64,000 nt of DNA from Podarcis bocagei (lineage: Eukaryota), in NCBI GenBank assembly GCA_964188305.1, contig OZ076889.1. One strand, written 5' to 3'. This document shows, piece after piece, positions 1-11,908 of this stretch. The stretch's first letter is position 1. Each line of letters opens with the position of its first letter. The notes beneath the pieces were generated by a model. It was not told the DNA's origin. It worked only from the letters and a program-made list of their open reading frames with translations, and searched no databases. The position numbers and the translations under genes are program-made.

Positions 1-276
1 GTTGATCAATCCAAAGATTAAACTGGTTCAAGCTTGCTTTTTCACAGAACATTTTAAAAATGCTACTCATCCTCAAACTTTGGGGCATAAGATGAACTAA
101 AAATCTAAATAAGCTAACTGAAAGCCACCTGCAAACTTTCAGAAAAAAGCCACGTGATTTATTACAAAAGATGATGAAAAGTGAAAAACTGTACAGTCAG
201 CTTTTCTTTATAATGTAATAAAGGGCAAATCTTAAAATTGCCCTTTTAAGAGGCATGCAACATCTAATTTTAGTTA

Positions 277-594
<318 letters not shown>

Positions 595-1116
595 CTAAAA
601 ATATGTCAGCTGAGCATTCAAGTGAAGCCTTTAAATTAGAAGTTGGGAACTAGCTACTGAAAGGAGTGTTAAAAGCAGCAATGTCAGAGAAAGCAGGTTA
701 CATTTGCTAGCATGACTTTTCCCTTGCTTCCCTATTTTAACTATGGTTTAATAGTATGCCTGAACCAGCACTAACAGTGGTTAACGGTAACTAGTTTCCC
801 TCTTAAAACAGGCGCTACAATTTTCTTCAGTTCCTGAAGTATCAAATTCAGGATACTTCAGGTTGACTAAGACAACAGTTAATAACATTGCAGATACAAT
901 GCTAAACAATGGTTAAAGCCCCCAGGAGAAGGAAGTGGGCATACAATTCTGCTGCCTACTCCTATCTACACCAGGCCAAAGTGTGTTAAGAATGCACGCC
1001 ATACATACAGGATACCGAAACAGAAGAAGAAAAGGCTTTCTGAATATAGCAACCTTCCTTCACCACTGTCAATTAGTTTTAAATGTAATCAATGCCAGTT
1101 TCAATGTGAATCTTAC

Positions 1117-1313
1117 CTGTAAGTGGAAGTAAAGGTACCGGTTCGTATCTAACAATTCTGGGTGAAGGCTGTTGATCAGTGCAATGGCTTCCTGAATCTG
1201 GCCTTTGAGGATCATCTCTCGAATTTTTATTCTTTCATCCAGGGTCTCTAAATCAACACTGGGCTCAATTCCAGACTCCATCCGAAACTTTTCTGCTGCC
1301 TCTTTGAAGCCTT
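1117..1313 (-). CDS. GID8: GID8 coding exon 2 (LisH/CTLH)
   Basis: (E)[65 protein letters not shown]; TTTCAG acceptor, GTAAGA donor; 197 nt, phase 1/0. Confidence 0.96.
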
Positions 1314-1656
1314 CTGAAATGCAAAAAGAAACTGCTTGCAGAAAATGGAAATCCAATCAATCATATTTGTATGTCACCTTTCCAAAATTAAGGCAGCTTA
1401 CAACATTAAAAATCACATAAAGAAACATAGCAAAAGTAGTCATAAACAATAAACAAAACATCAAAAAGTGCAAAACCAATCGAACAATACCTGCATAAAT
1501 GGCTTAACTGGAACAGTACTACACTCAATATTTCTATAAATCCAGTTTCTTAAAACAGGATTCATCTAATAAATTGACAAAGGCTTCTGCTTGGTCCCAA
1601 CTGGTCAGGTGTGCTGTCAGGAGAACCGCCAGAACAGTGTGCAGGGGGAAAGGTTA

Positions 1657-1884
<228 letters not shown>

Positions 1885-2065
1885 TCACTAGGAAGGGTGA
1901 GGGAAAAAACAGAGGCAAGATAAATTACTGTGAGTGAGCAGATACAAGAGAACAAGCAAATACCTCATTACTTTTCCGAGATGGCTTTTACTGTTCACTG
2001 CAAAAACAGCAACCAGAGACAGTAAACTTATGCACGTCCTGATTTCACAGCTTGTACTCCATCAG

Positions 2066-2260
2066 GACAGCAGCTCAGTTTAGAGCACAAATGTTCTGTA
2101 TGCAGAACATCCCAGGTTCTATCCCCCTGCCAGTTAAAACATTCTCAGATAAACAAGGGTTCCGGCTGGAACACAGAACAGCCACTATCAATCAGAAGAG
2201 ACAATTCTGGTCTAGATGGTCTAGTAATCAGTCTTGGCATAAGCAAACTTTCTATGCATA
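2066..2260 (+). mobile_element. Degenerate tRNA-derived Squam3-like SINE
   Basis: CAGCTCAGTTTAGAGCA...GCAGAACATCCCAGGTTCTATCCC head and CTAGATGGTC...GGCATAAGCAAACTTTCTATG tail. Confidence 0.6.
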
Positions 2261-4039
2261 GATCAGCTGGCAGGGGTGTGCGTTTGAAGACTAGAAAGAA
2301 CTAGGAAGCACAAATCATGAAGTCAGGATATAGGCGAGTTGTCCCAGATATTAAAGAGGGAGTAGGGGAAAAGCAAACCCACTTGTTACGGTATATGCAG
2401 GGGTCACATATTTAATGAGCAGTTCTACCCTAAAACGTGGCGTAACTATAGAATGGTTAGTACATCTTATCAAATGCTCATCACAGTACCTGCACTGTTA
2501 ATTACAATAAAAACAGCACTACATCTTATTATTTGTATGTTGTAAACATTTTTATACGTACACAGTTGTAATTCTATCAGTGTTTATTGTTTTCAATAAT
2601 TGTTTATATACTTTGAGATTGTTTTTATCTGTAAGCTGCCTTGAGTCCCATAAGGGAAATAAATATATAATATATATAAATATATAAATAAATATATATA
2701 TAATAAGAGTAGTGCTATCGTGACATGTAGTGGCAAGCACCTAATCATTATTGGCATTTATACATGTAGTGCTTTTTGAGTGTACAAAGGAGTTTTATAT
2801 ATATCCTCACAGTAATTCTCACAACAATCCTACAAAGTAGACAAGTGTCTTTACACCCCCGTGTCACAGAACAAAGGCTGAGGAAAGGTTGGCTTGAATA
2901 TTGACACACATTGACGGAGCTGAGATTTGATTTTCTGGTTCACAGCTCATCTTCTGATGACACATTACTAATTAGAACAAATGGCCATGGCACATATATG
3001 AAGGCATCTCAGATCTGCTTTCGCACCTAGCTGTTCTTGCTGTTCTCTCTTAACTTTGTCATGATCCAAAAGCACTTTTCAGACTATCAACACTGCAGAG
3101 ATGGGGAGAACTGGGATCAGGGTAAGTTTCAGTGAGGCTTTGCAGCAACTAAAGATACATATGCTATTAGTCTCACTGTTAATAATGGGTCCTGAGCAAT
3201 CACTCCCTCAAACACTAAGCTTCCTGTTTGTAAAATAAAAGAACTAAGTCCCATGTTTATTTCTTGGAAGGACAGGTAAATAATCTTGGAATTGCTATTA
3301 AGCTGTATGGTTTAATCCCACCCTTTTTGGGTGCACGAAGGCTGAACACCAGACTGAAAACTGGTGTCTTGCTGCCATGAAATGTATCTTACTCAGTCTA
3401 GATGATTCCTTGACAAAATTTTAGGTTTAGTCACTTTAATTATCACTCACTAGCAACACTACCACCTCTGTACAGTCTCATTAGGTCTTCAAGGATAGCA
3501 TAGGCTGAACTGAAAAAACTGCTGAGGACTGTGTTGTAAAATATACACCTCGTAGGAGTCTCCAGTGATGAGCTAACCGGAAGCCCTTTAAAGATAAAGC
3601 TCAAGCAATGTGTCACAATAAACACCTAAACGGAACTGCTGCGGAATCTATTAGGATAGATGCATCCCTTTGATACAGCTCCATCCAGAACTGAAACTGC
3701 TTTCCTTTTTCCAAAGCTCTGTTAAAAACCAACACATCCCTAATTAAGACACGTAACATCCGAGGATGGTTACGAAGTTCACGGGTAGAGAAAAGATCGG
3801 TCTTTCTTTTTTCATTTTGCTTGCACGGTATATAGGTTCACATGTGTACTGAGTGCCGAACGCTCTGGTTTCCGATAGAACACAAACAAAAGTCACTCCG
3901 AATATGAACCACGTGTGTTGTTTCTGGGTAAAACCGAAACGTAAAGAAAACCTTTCCCCTCCTCCCCCCCCCAAAAAAAAGGTTCAGAACGAGAAGCGCC
4001 TTTTTAAAACTTGAGAAGAAGAGGCGCTCCAATCCGTTT

Positions 4040-4930
4040 CGCACAACGCAGGAATCGGGTCCAGTTTCTCCCTTTCGTCCCCCACCCCTTTTTTTTTTTT
4101 TTTTTAAAAAAAAGGGTTCCATGAAAGCTTGCATTTCCTTGAAATAAAAAGGAGAGTGTCGGGGGAGCAGCGCACAAATAATAACAATAAAAAGAAGCGA
4201 AACCCCGAAGCTTGTCCCTGCCCCTTCAGGGAAAGTGCGAGACAGGCGCGAAGCGGCGGGGGGAGAAAGAAGGGGAAAACCCCAGTAAGGAAGAAGAGGC
4301 GGCGGCAGAGTCTCCCGCGACATGAGCTGCCCGCCCACCGCTCCTCCCGGCCGCGTCTCGGGGCTTCCTTCCTCTCGCCCGCCGAGAGCAGGCCCAGGCG
4401 GGGGCGGACCCCTCGGCGCCACCAGGCAGGCCTCACGCCGCCCCAAAATGGCTGCTTCCCCCTCAGCCGCCGCATCCCGCCACGGAGAAGGCCTCCATGC
4501 CCCTTCACGGGGTGCCGCCGCCGCCTTTCCTTCCCCCACCCACAGGTAACCCTCTCCCCACCGGCGCCGCCATTTTACTCACCGACCGAGCTCGCCGCCG
4601 CCGCCTCCTCCTCCGCCGGGCCTTCAACGCCAGGCCCCGTCACCTGCTCCGCCCCCTCCTCCCTGCACCGCTCTCGCTCCCGCTCCCCCCCCCCACACCC
4701 CCGCCGCCGGCCTCTCGCAGGCCGCACCTCTCGCGAGAGCTCCGCCAAATCGCCTCCGCCAATCGCCTCCGAAAGGTCGCGTGGATCATAGAGACGAGGG
4801 AGAGGGGGGATCGGCACTGAGGGGAAAGAGGGAGAGACGGTCTATAGAGAATGGGCGTCCTAGAACGGCCTAAAAATCGTAGCGTTTGAAGGCGCTGCAA
4901 GGGAATCTTTGGCCCGGCGTGGGATTCGAA
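4040..4930 (-). promoter_or_regulatory. GID8 CpG-island promoter
   Basis: Very GC- and CpG-rich; TCTCGCGAGA palindrome at 4729-4738; YY1-type AAAATGGC motifs at 4568-4576 (minus) and about 4445-4452 (plus). Confidence 0.88.
4583..4720 (-). other. GID8: GID8 non-coding exon 1 (5' end approximate)
   Basis: Strong minus-strand donor TCG|GTGAGT at 4582-4577 inside the CpG island; TSS position inferred only. Confidence 0.7.
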
Positions 4931-4972
4931 CCCACGACCCCGTGATTGAGAGCCCCATGCGCTACCGGCTGA
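4895..4972 (-). pseudogene. tRNA-Lys(CTT)-derived sequence, probably the truncated head of a lacertid tRNA-Lys/CR1 SINE
   Basis: Minus strand reads TCAGCCGGTAGCGCATGGGGCTCTCAATCACGGGGTCGTGGGTTCGAATCCCACGCCGGGCC then AAAGATTCCCTTGCAG; intact T arm, no 5' acceptor strand, mismatched anticodon stem. Confidence 0.75.
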
Positions 4973-5154
4973 TGCTGTTAAGTTCTAATTTTTAAAAAAA
5001 TAATAATTCTCAAGCGACATACAAAAAGGAAACGATAAAGCTGTTTAGTAAAAACAGTAAAGCAGCATTATAGAACCTGATGACTACAGGTGCAGGTAAT
5101 TCATTCTGATGGAAGTGGTAAAGCCTGGGTGAAAAGACGTCCTTCTTGTGGGAA

Positions 5155-5345
5155 GGACATAGCTCAGCGTTAGAACTAGTGACTTGCATGCAGAAGGTTG
5201 GAGAGTCATTTCCAGGTGTGTCTAGTTCGGGCTGGCAAGGTCCCCTGCAAACTGAGTAGATGTTATTGGGATGCACATTGAGGAAGTGCAGGTCCCTAAG
5301 AAGAATCCCAAAATGCTTAGAAGAGCTATCCAGCAGAAGCCTATT
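5155..5345 (+). mobile_element. Degenerate Squam3-like SINE
   Basis: ATAGCTCAGCGTTAGAAC...CTTGCATGCAGAAGGT tRNA-like head. Confidence 0.45.
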
Positions 5346-5596
5346 TGCAATTCTGGCAACAAAATTGTTTCTATCTGTGGTTGTGTCTCCACCCTGTGCA
5401 CCAAACCAGTTTCACAGGTTCTTCCACGACTGATTGGCTAAGGTGATTTATTTACGGTAAGTCTTACAAATAATTACACTGATATTCATCAGTATCAAAC
5501 TTTATTTCAGTCACAGACCAGCATAAGATAAAACACATGGATAAACGGAACACATAGGACTTTAAACAGTAAAAAATAAAAACTAGTAATTAAGAG

Positions 5597-5950
5597 CTAA
5601 AGGTAAAGGGACCCCCCTGACCGTTTAGTCCAGTCGTGGACGACTCTGGGGTTGCGGCGCTCATCTTGCTTTATTGGCTGAGGGAGCCGGTGTACAGCTT
5701 CCAGGTCATGTGGCAGCATGACTAAGCCGCTTCTGGCGAACCAGAGCAGCACACAGAAACAGCGCTTCCCTTCCCACCAGAGCGGTACCTATTTATCTAC
5801 TTGCACTGCGTGCTTTCAAACTGCTAGGTTGGCAAGAGCAGGGACCGAGCAACGGGAGGATTTGAACCCATCGCGGGGATTTGAACTGCTGACCTTCTAA
5901 TCGGCAAGCCCTAGGCTCTGTGGTTTAACCCACAGCACCACCCAGGCCCC
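5597..5950 (-). mobile_element. Full-length Sauria SINE
   Basis: (ACCTTT)n tail seen as AAAGGTAAAGG, typical body GGTACCTATTTATCTACTTGCACT, 9-bp TSD AATTAAGAG at 5588-5596 and 5951-5959. Confidence 0.92.
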
Positions 5951-6558
5951 AATTAAGAGGTGATTATATCAGTAAAATATCAGAGCCATTTACTACTATT
6001 ACACAAAAAACATTTTTTTAAAGTTACAATCAGAAATCAGCTATTATGGAGAGAGGTATTCTTCTTTGCCTTATTTTTTATTTATAAAATAGTTATACGT
6101 GTACCATTGAGCAAATGATCTGCTACTCAGATAGCCCACTCATCAGCATCCATTGTTAATGGTCAAGCTACACTAAAAGCTTATGGGAGGATTTAGCTAA
6201 TCATGTGTTCCATTTTTGTCCCTATAATGATTTTGCATTTTTGTCCCTATAATAATTATGCTATTTTAAACTGGTGCAACACTTTAAAGATAAAATAGTA
6301 AAAATGTAGTTTGCTTCCTTTTGTCAAGTTACTTTTTGTGCAAGCATATGAAAGGTAACTTTTCAGTTGCGTTATCTACATACTCTTTAGTTTCCAGGTA
6401 TAGGTCTGGTAGAAGTAAAAGGTTAAGAAGGTTAATTGTAAAAGGATTTCAACTGTTTCCCATGTAGCTGCTTTTGACATATATAAAAACAACACATTTA
6501 CAAACCTCCCTATACAGGGCTGCCTTCAGATGTCTTCTAAAGGTTGTAGAGTTTATCA

Positions 6559-6697
6559 CAGGCATAGGCAAACTCGGCCCTCTGCATGTTTTGGGACTAC
6601 AACTCCCATCATCCCTAGCTAACAGGACTGGTGGTCAGGGATGATGGGAGTTGTAGTCCCAAAAAAACATCTGGAGGGCCGAGTTTGCCTATGCCTG
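6559..6697. mobile_element. hAT-type palindromic MITE
   Basis: Terminal inverted repeats CAGGCATAGGCAAACTCGGCCCTC / GAGGGCCGAGTTTGCCTATGCCTG; no TSD visible. Confidence 0.8.
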
Positions 6698-6809
6698 TCC
6701 TAAGGGAAAGTGGGACATTCTGGCATGCAAATCAGAAACCTGGAGGGCATCTGTAAATCCAGCACTGTCCCTGGAAAATACGGACACTTGGAAGGGCTGA
6801 ACCTATAAC

Positions 6810-6899
6810 CATAGCTGTCAACTTTTCCCTTTTCTTGCAAGGAATCCTATTCGGAATAAGGGAATTTCATTTAAAAAAAGGAAAACGTTGACAGCTATG
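6810..6899. mobile_element. 90-bp hAT MITE
   Basis: TIR CATAGCTGTCAAC / GTTGACAGCTATG; perfect 8-bp TSD CCTATAAC. Confidence 0.88.
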
Positions 6900-6999
6900 C
6901 CTATAACCCACCCGTAATGGAAATCCAGAACGCTTCTCAATACTGTAGAGTGGTACCTTGGTTGAAGAACAGCTTAGTTCATTAACAACTTGGATTAAG

Positions 7000-8110
7000 A
7001 ACGTTGCGCCACTTCCTCCTCCCGCCCAGAGGGGGCGCTCGACGCCCTTCCTTGCCGCTCTGCACTGCTCTCCCCACCAGAAAGACCCTCTAAGTTTCCG
7101 CTCTCTCTGTGGTTCCTTCCCCGCCCGGATTACCTCTGGGCGCCTTCCCAACTGCCACTGCGTGCGACGGAGCAGAGCGTCCTCCGCTCCCCCCCCCCGC
7201 AGCCCAACGCGCACCGCCTCGCGCGCAGCCACCTCGGGCGGCCATTTTGGCGACGAGTTCCTCTCAGCCTCGGCGCGGGCGGAGCAACAAGTCTGAAGGG
7301 AGCCGTGAGGGAAGGAGAGAAGGAGGCGGAGGGAATGGAAATGGCGGACGCCGCCGCCGCTCGTCTCGGCTGAGGCCCAGGGAGGGAGAGAGGCGCCGGC
7401 ACCGAGGCGGGAACACGCTCGCTTTCTCCCCCACCCCGTGTCTTTTTGCCCCCCCTATTTTTCTTCGAGCCCCCTTTTTCCCTCCTCTACGGTGAGTGAG
7501 GGGCAGCCGCTTCGGGCCTGGCTGGAAAATGGAGGAGGAGGAAGGCGGCGGGCAGCGCGGGCGGTGGGTGGGGGGGCGGCGGGAGGAGCGACCTCGCCCC
7601 TATCTCGCCCTTTCTCCCCCAACGGGGGGGGGGGGTTAGGTCGGGATCAGGGCCTTTAAAACCGTCGCTCGTGCAAACCCCGCGGTGTGAGACCACAATC
7701 GGGTGACGTCGGAGGGCTTCGTGACGCCCCCGGTAAAAGGCACCCCCCGACACTTGAACGTGGGAGGCTGTTGTTGTTTTGGGGGGGGTGGAGGCGAGGG
7801 AGGGGCGCCCGAGAAATAGCTCCTCGCCTGACGTGTGATAACGTGGTCACCAAAGAGAGGGAGAGAAAAACGGAGGAAGGGCGAGTTTGCGGTGCCCCCC
7901 CCTTTAATTACAGGCCTTCCGGGCAATTGTTTCAGAATCCGCTTGGCGTGTTAGCAGTACTGTAGTAAGTAGACTCCGGCCCCCGCCGCTCTAAACCCTG
8001 CAATTCGTGGTTTGTGGGAGGGGGCATCATCTCTCCCTCCTCTTTATTGTCTAACAGGAAGAGTGACCTTATTTGAGCTTGCCGGCCTGTTTTTCGGTGG
8101 CGAGCCTGAC
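7000..8110 (+). promoter_or_regulatory. DIDO1 CpG-island promoter
   Basis: CpG-rich; YY1-type GGCCATTTTG near 7240 and AATGGCGG near 7340; CRE-like TGACG sites near 7704, 7722 and 7828. Confidence 0.85.
7200..7491 (+). other. DIDO1: DIDO1 non-coding exon 1 (5' end approximate)
   Basis: Strong donor ACG|GTGAGT at 7492-7497 in the CpG island. Confidence 0.65.
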
Positions 8111-8993
8111 CACACCTTCCTTTGGTTTTGGATTAAGAATCTGATTCTTCCTCTGGCTGCTTTTGCAGCGATCTTTACCTTCACTTTATTTCGCCAGCGG
8201 TAGCCGCCTTTCCCTTCGCTTGCACGTGTGAAGCTTCAGTTTGTGGTTTTAGTTAAGGTGATCACGTTCCAGGGTTGTGTGTGTGTGTATTATTTATTTT
8301 CACACACACATATGGTGATCACGTTGCAGGTATATATACATACACCTGGAATGTGATCACCATATGTATGTGTGTGTGTGTGTGTGTGTGTATGTCATCG
8401 TAAACGCAAGCCCTGTTGACTTAAGCAGAACTTAATACATAGGTAAGCATATAGAGGATTGTAGCCTAGGGCTAGAATCCTGTACACACTTACTTGGGAG
8501 TTAGTCTCATTGAATTCAATGGGGTTTACTACTGAATAGGCATAGAATTGCACAGTGAATAGTTCAAAGTGGAGGTTACGACCTCTTGCCTGTTCGGTAA
8601 TTTCGATTTTATTTTTATCTGGAAGGCAGTTCCTGCCCACCAATGAAGCTGCCTCCTTTAAGTGTAGTCAGTCTCCCCTGCCCATTATAAATGGTTTCAA
8701 TGCCTTACTATTTTGTGTGCTTAGAATTTGGCAAAGGGTAAAATTCTAAATTTTGCTCCAAATACACTGAATAATATAAAAAATGAGGTGTTTCAATAAT
8801 AGCATGGTTAGGGCAAGTTGTATGCATAACACTTTCGAAAGGGAGAACTGGACATTATTTTTGTTACATTAAGATACTTTTTAATACACGTGTGTAGCTA
8901 GATTCCAGTTAAGTCTGTTGTGGCAGGCCTTCATAAGCTTCTGCACAAAAATAACAACTGTATGGTTAATAATACCTAAGAATAGGATTGAAG

Positions 8994-9138
8994 CAGTGCT
9001 TTTTTCTGGGGGTACGCAGGGGTATGCATACCCCTAAACATTTTGTGAAACTAAATTTGGCCTCATTGAGGAGCAGTATTTCAATATGAGTAGGAAAATG
9101 AGAGTATCGCTAAATATTTTTTTAGGAAAAAAGCACTG
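8994..9138. mobile_element. hAT MITE
   Basis: TIR CAGTGCTTTTTT / AAAAAAGCACTG; perfect 8-bp TSD GATTGAAG. Confidence 0.88.
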
Positions 9139-10739
9139 GATTGAAGAGCCTAAACTTCTGTTCCATGCAATCCTATAAGTTCCATTGAACTATTGTATCA
9201 TAGTCATGTATAGGATTGTGCTATAAAAGAGCAACTGTTTGCATGCAGTGTTTGAAATTAGCCAGGCGTGTTTTGCGACTAGTGTGGGTCCAATTGTGAC
9301 CACGCAGAGATCTCTGGATGCCAGGTTATTCCTGGGGGAAAGCAAAATGTCACTTCGAGAAGGATCAGAAATATTTTCCTTGAAACTTGATTTGTTTTAT
9401 TCTGGATTGTTTTATTTGATGTTTTAATGGGTTGTAAACCACTTTGAGATTTGTTTTTTTAAAATATAAAGTGTTATAGAAATGAGATTAATTATAACAA
9501 CCACCACCCCCATCGGGTGCAGGGGGTGGCGCCTAAACAATCCATTGTGGTGACTACAACCTTGGTTTAAGGTGCAATTTGACAATTAGCTTATATATCT
9601 GAGTTTCTAACATTGTGTGCTTACTCAGGAGTAAGCCTCATTGTGTTCAGTGTCTTCCTTTCCCCAATAATATGTATTTTGGATTACAGTCTAGTGCTTA
9701 CAATAAAGTGTGTGAGAACTGGAAGAACTGGCAGTTTTCCAGCAGTAGATAGGTAGATAACTCAGTTGTAGGATACAGTTTTTACATTCTAAAGTCAAGT
9801 GACTTTAGAATCCTTATATGTTACCTTTTTAACTTCTGAAGCTGATTTTACTATACTTCGTAATACTAAACTGTGTGTAGTCTGCTGTGGTAATGGAATG
9901 GAAAAGCTTTAATTTAATTTTTCTTTCCCTATTTTGGTGCTCACTGGTTTTTAAGGACAGTAAAAGTCTAAATTTTACTTCTTTAAACATCCCAATAAGA
10001 TGACCCACCTTGAATTTGGAAATGTGTGGAATTCAGTTCAGGTCATTAATTCATATTGACAGAACTCCTATTCTGAGAAGTTCAATTTTGCTTGTGTGTA
10101 ATTTCTTTTGTACTTTACGGTTCCTTCTGGAGCAGAAGGTACATTTCCATCTTGCTGTCCTTGGCATCATATGATAACCCTACCATGGTGACATACTAGG
10201 TCATTATGAATTTCATAACAATGCAGGTTTCACTCCTTTTAGTATTGTTTCTGTGGTAAAGTAAATGGTAAATGCCTTTGAAGGGGTTTATTTTGCTCAA
10301 TGCCCAGCAGTAGGTATAAGATACCAACTTTTGTTCATGTATAGTTTGACAGTTTACCATTCTGTCTGCTAGTGCTTCATTGTTGCTTCTCCTTAGATAT
10401 ATCCTATACTGTACTGTAGTAATTTCTCTCCCTTCTTGCAATTTCTGGGTAGCAAATAAAATCATTTTATCTTCTGTACTACTATTAGTACACTTCTGAT
10501 GTTGCATAAATGTATAATAGTATTACTTAACTTTGTATATTGATATGATTACTCAAGATGGCTTTGGGTCCTGGTCTCAGATTGTGCTCAGGGTTGCAAT
10601 TCAGCAGAAGTGAAGAGAAAAATGTTCTATGTAGAGGTTGTTAGGCTACATCTGTTTTCTCAGACATTCTCAGGCGGTTAATTCTTAGTACAGCCTCTGG
10701 ATATCTTTTTGTATATTTTAGCTGTATTGTTTTATTGTA

Positions 10740-10956
10740 CAGTGGTACCTCGGGTTACAGATGCTTCAGGTTACAGACTCTGCTAACCCAGAAATAGTAC
10801 CTCGGGTTAAGAACTTTGCTTCAGGATGAGAACAGAAATCATGCAGTGGTGGCGCGGCAGGCCCCATTAGCTAAAGTAGTGCTTCAGGTTAAGAACAGTT
10901 TCAAATTAAGAATGTATCTCCGAACTGAACTAAGTTCTTAACCCAAGGTACCACTG
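10740..10956. mobile_element. Tc1/mariner-type MITE (CAGTGGTACC family)
   Basis: TIR CAGTGGTACCTCGGGTTA / TAACCCAAGGTACCACTG with TA on both sides. Confidence 0.88.
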
Positions 10957-11908
10957 TATTGCCCTTATTTTTGTAAACTGCCTCATAATCATTCTGGTGA
11001 AAGGCAGTATATATGTTACTTTATATAAAAGTATTCATATTTTTTGAACTAGCTTACTAGTATATGTTTTCAGGTGGAATTAATCCTGGATGTATTACAT
11101 ATATTTCTAGGGGCATAGGAATAAACATACTCCTTTGACTGCCTTGGTTAGAAGAGTTCTGTAGTGATGTATAGGGATTTAAAATATTTTCCAGCCTAGG
11201 CCAATAGTTGTGTCATGTAAAATTTAAACATTGGGCATGCTAATCTGTAAGTTGTTGGTTCAGCTCTCAGAACTGAACCACCACACAAAAAGCATTGGCA
11301 GCTGAAGCTTCTAAATCAGGGCTAGGGAACATGTGGTCAACCAGATTGTTGAATTACATGTCTCATCATTCCTGACTATTGGCCATTCTGCCTGGGGGTA
11401 ATGGGAGTTGAAGTCCAATAACACATGAAGGGCCTGCATTAAAGAAATCAACTTGGGCAACAGGACTTCTGGTTAACTCTTCTTGCCCTGCAGTTGGCTG
11501 TATGCCCCCCAAAATCTGCTTTGCAGGGTTTCTTAACCCTCCTCAGCAGATTTGTGAGACTGTAGGAAGAAAGATATGAAGGAGTGTGAGAGAGCAGGAA
11601 AAAGTAGCTCTGAGAGCTAGAAGGTGAGATGGAATTGATTTTTGCAGCTGGTTTGAAAATAGGATCTCTGACAGAGTCATCAATCTCACATGCATTGGAT
11701 AACCAAATAATCCAGCCAGCAGATGCCATGGAGCCACACCCTAAAATTTTTAAATGATAGAACCTGGGGAATTTAAATAAAAACAATCCGAACTATCCAA
11801 TTCCAGTGTACCACTCTTTCGTTTATTGTCTTCTCTCCCCTCCAGTCTCCAAATTGCCAGCTCTCCCGTGGTTGTCTTGAATTATCCCTGCAGTGCCAAA
11901 CTTGACTA

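Noticed and set aside
3744-4900. Long overlapping ORFs (up to 233 aa) on both strands
   Set aside because: Stop-poor GC-rich CpG island; low-complexity Arg/Pro/Gly translations with no recognisable domain
4911-4972. Functional tRNA-Glu(CTC) or tRNA-Lys gene
   Set aside because: No 5' acceptor strand, mismatched anticodon stem, and a SINE-type 3' flank rather than a T-run terminator
6867-7965. Multiple ORFs over the DIDO1 promoter
   Set aside because: Same CpG-island artefact
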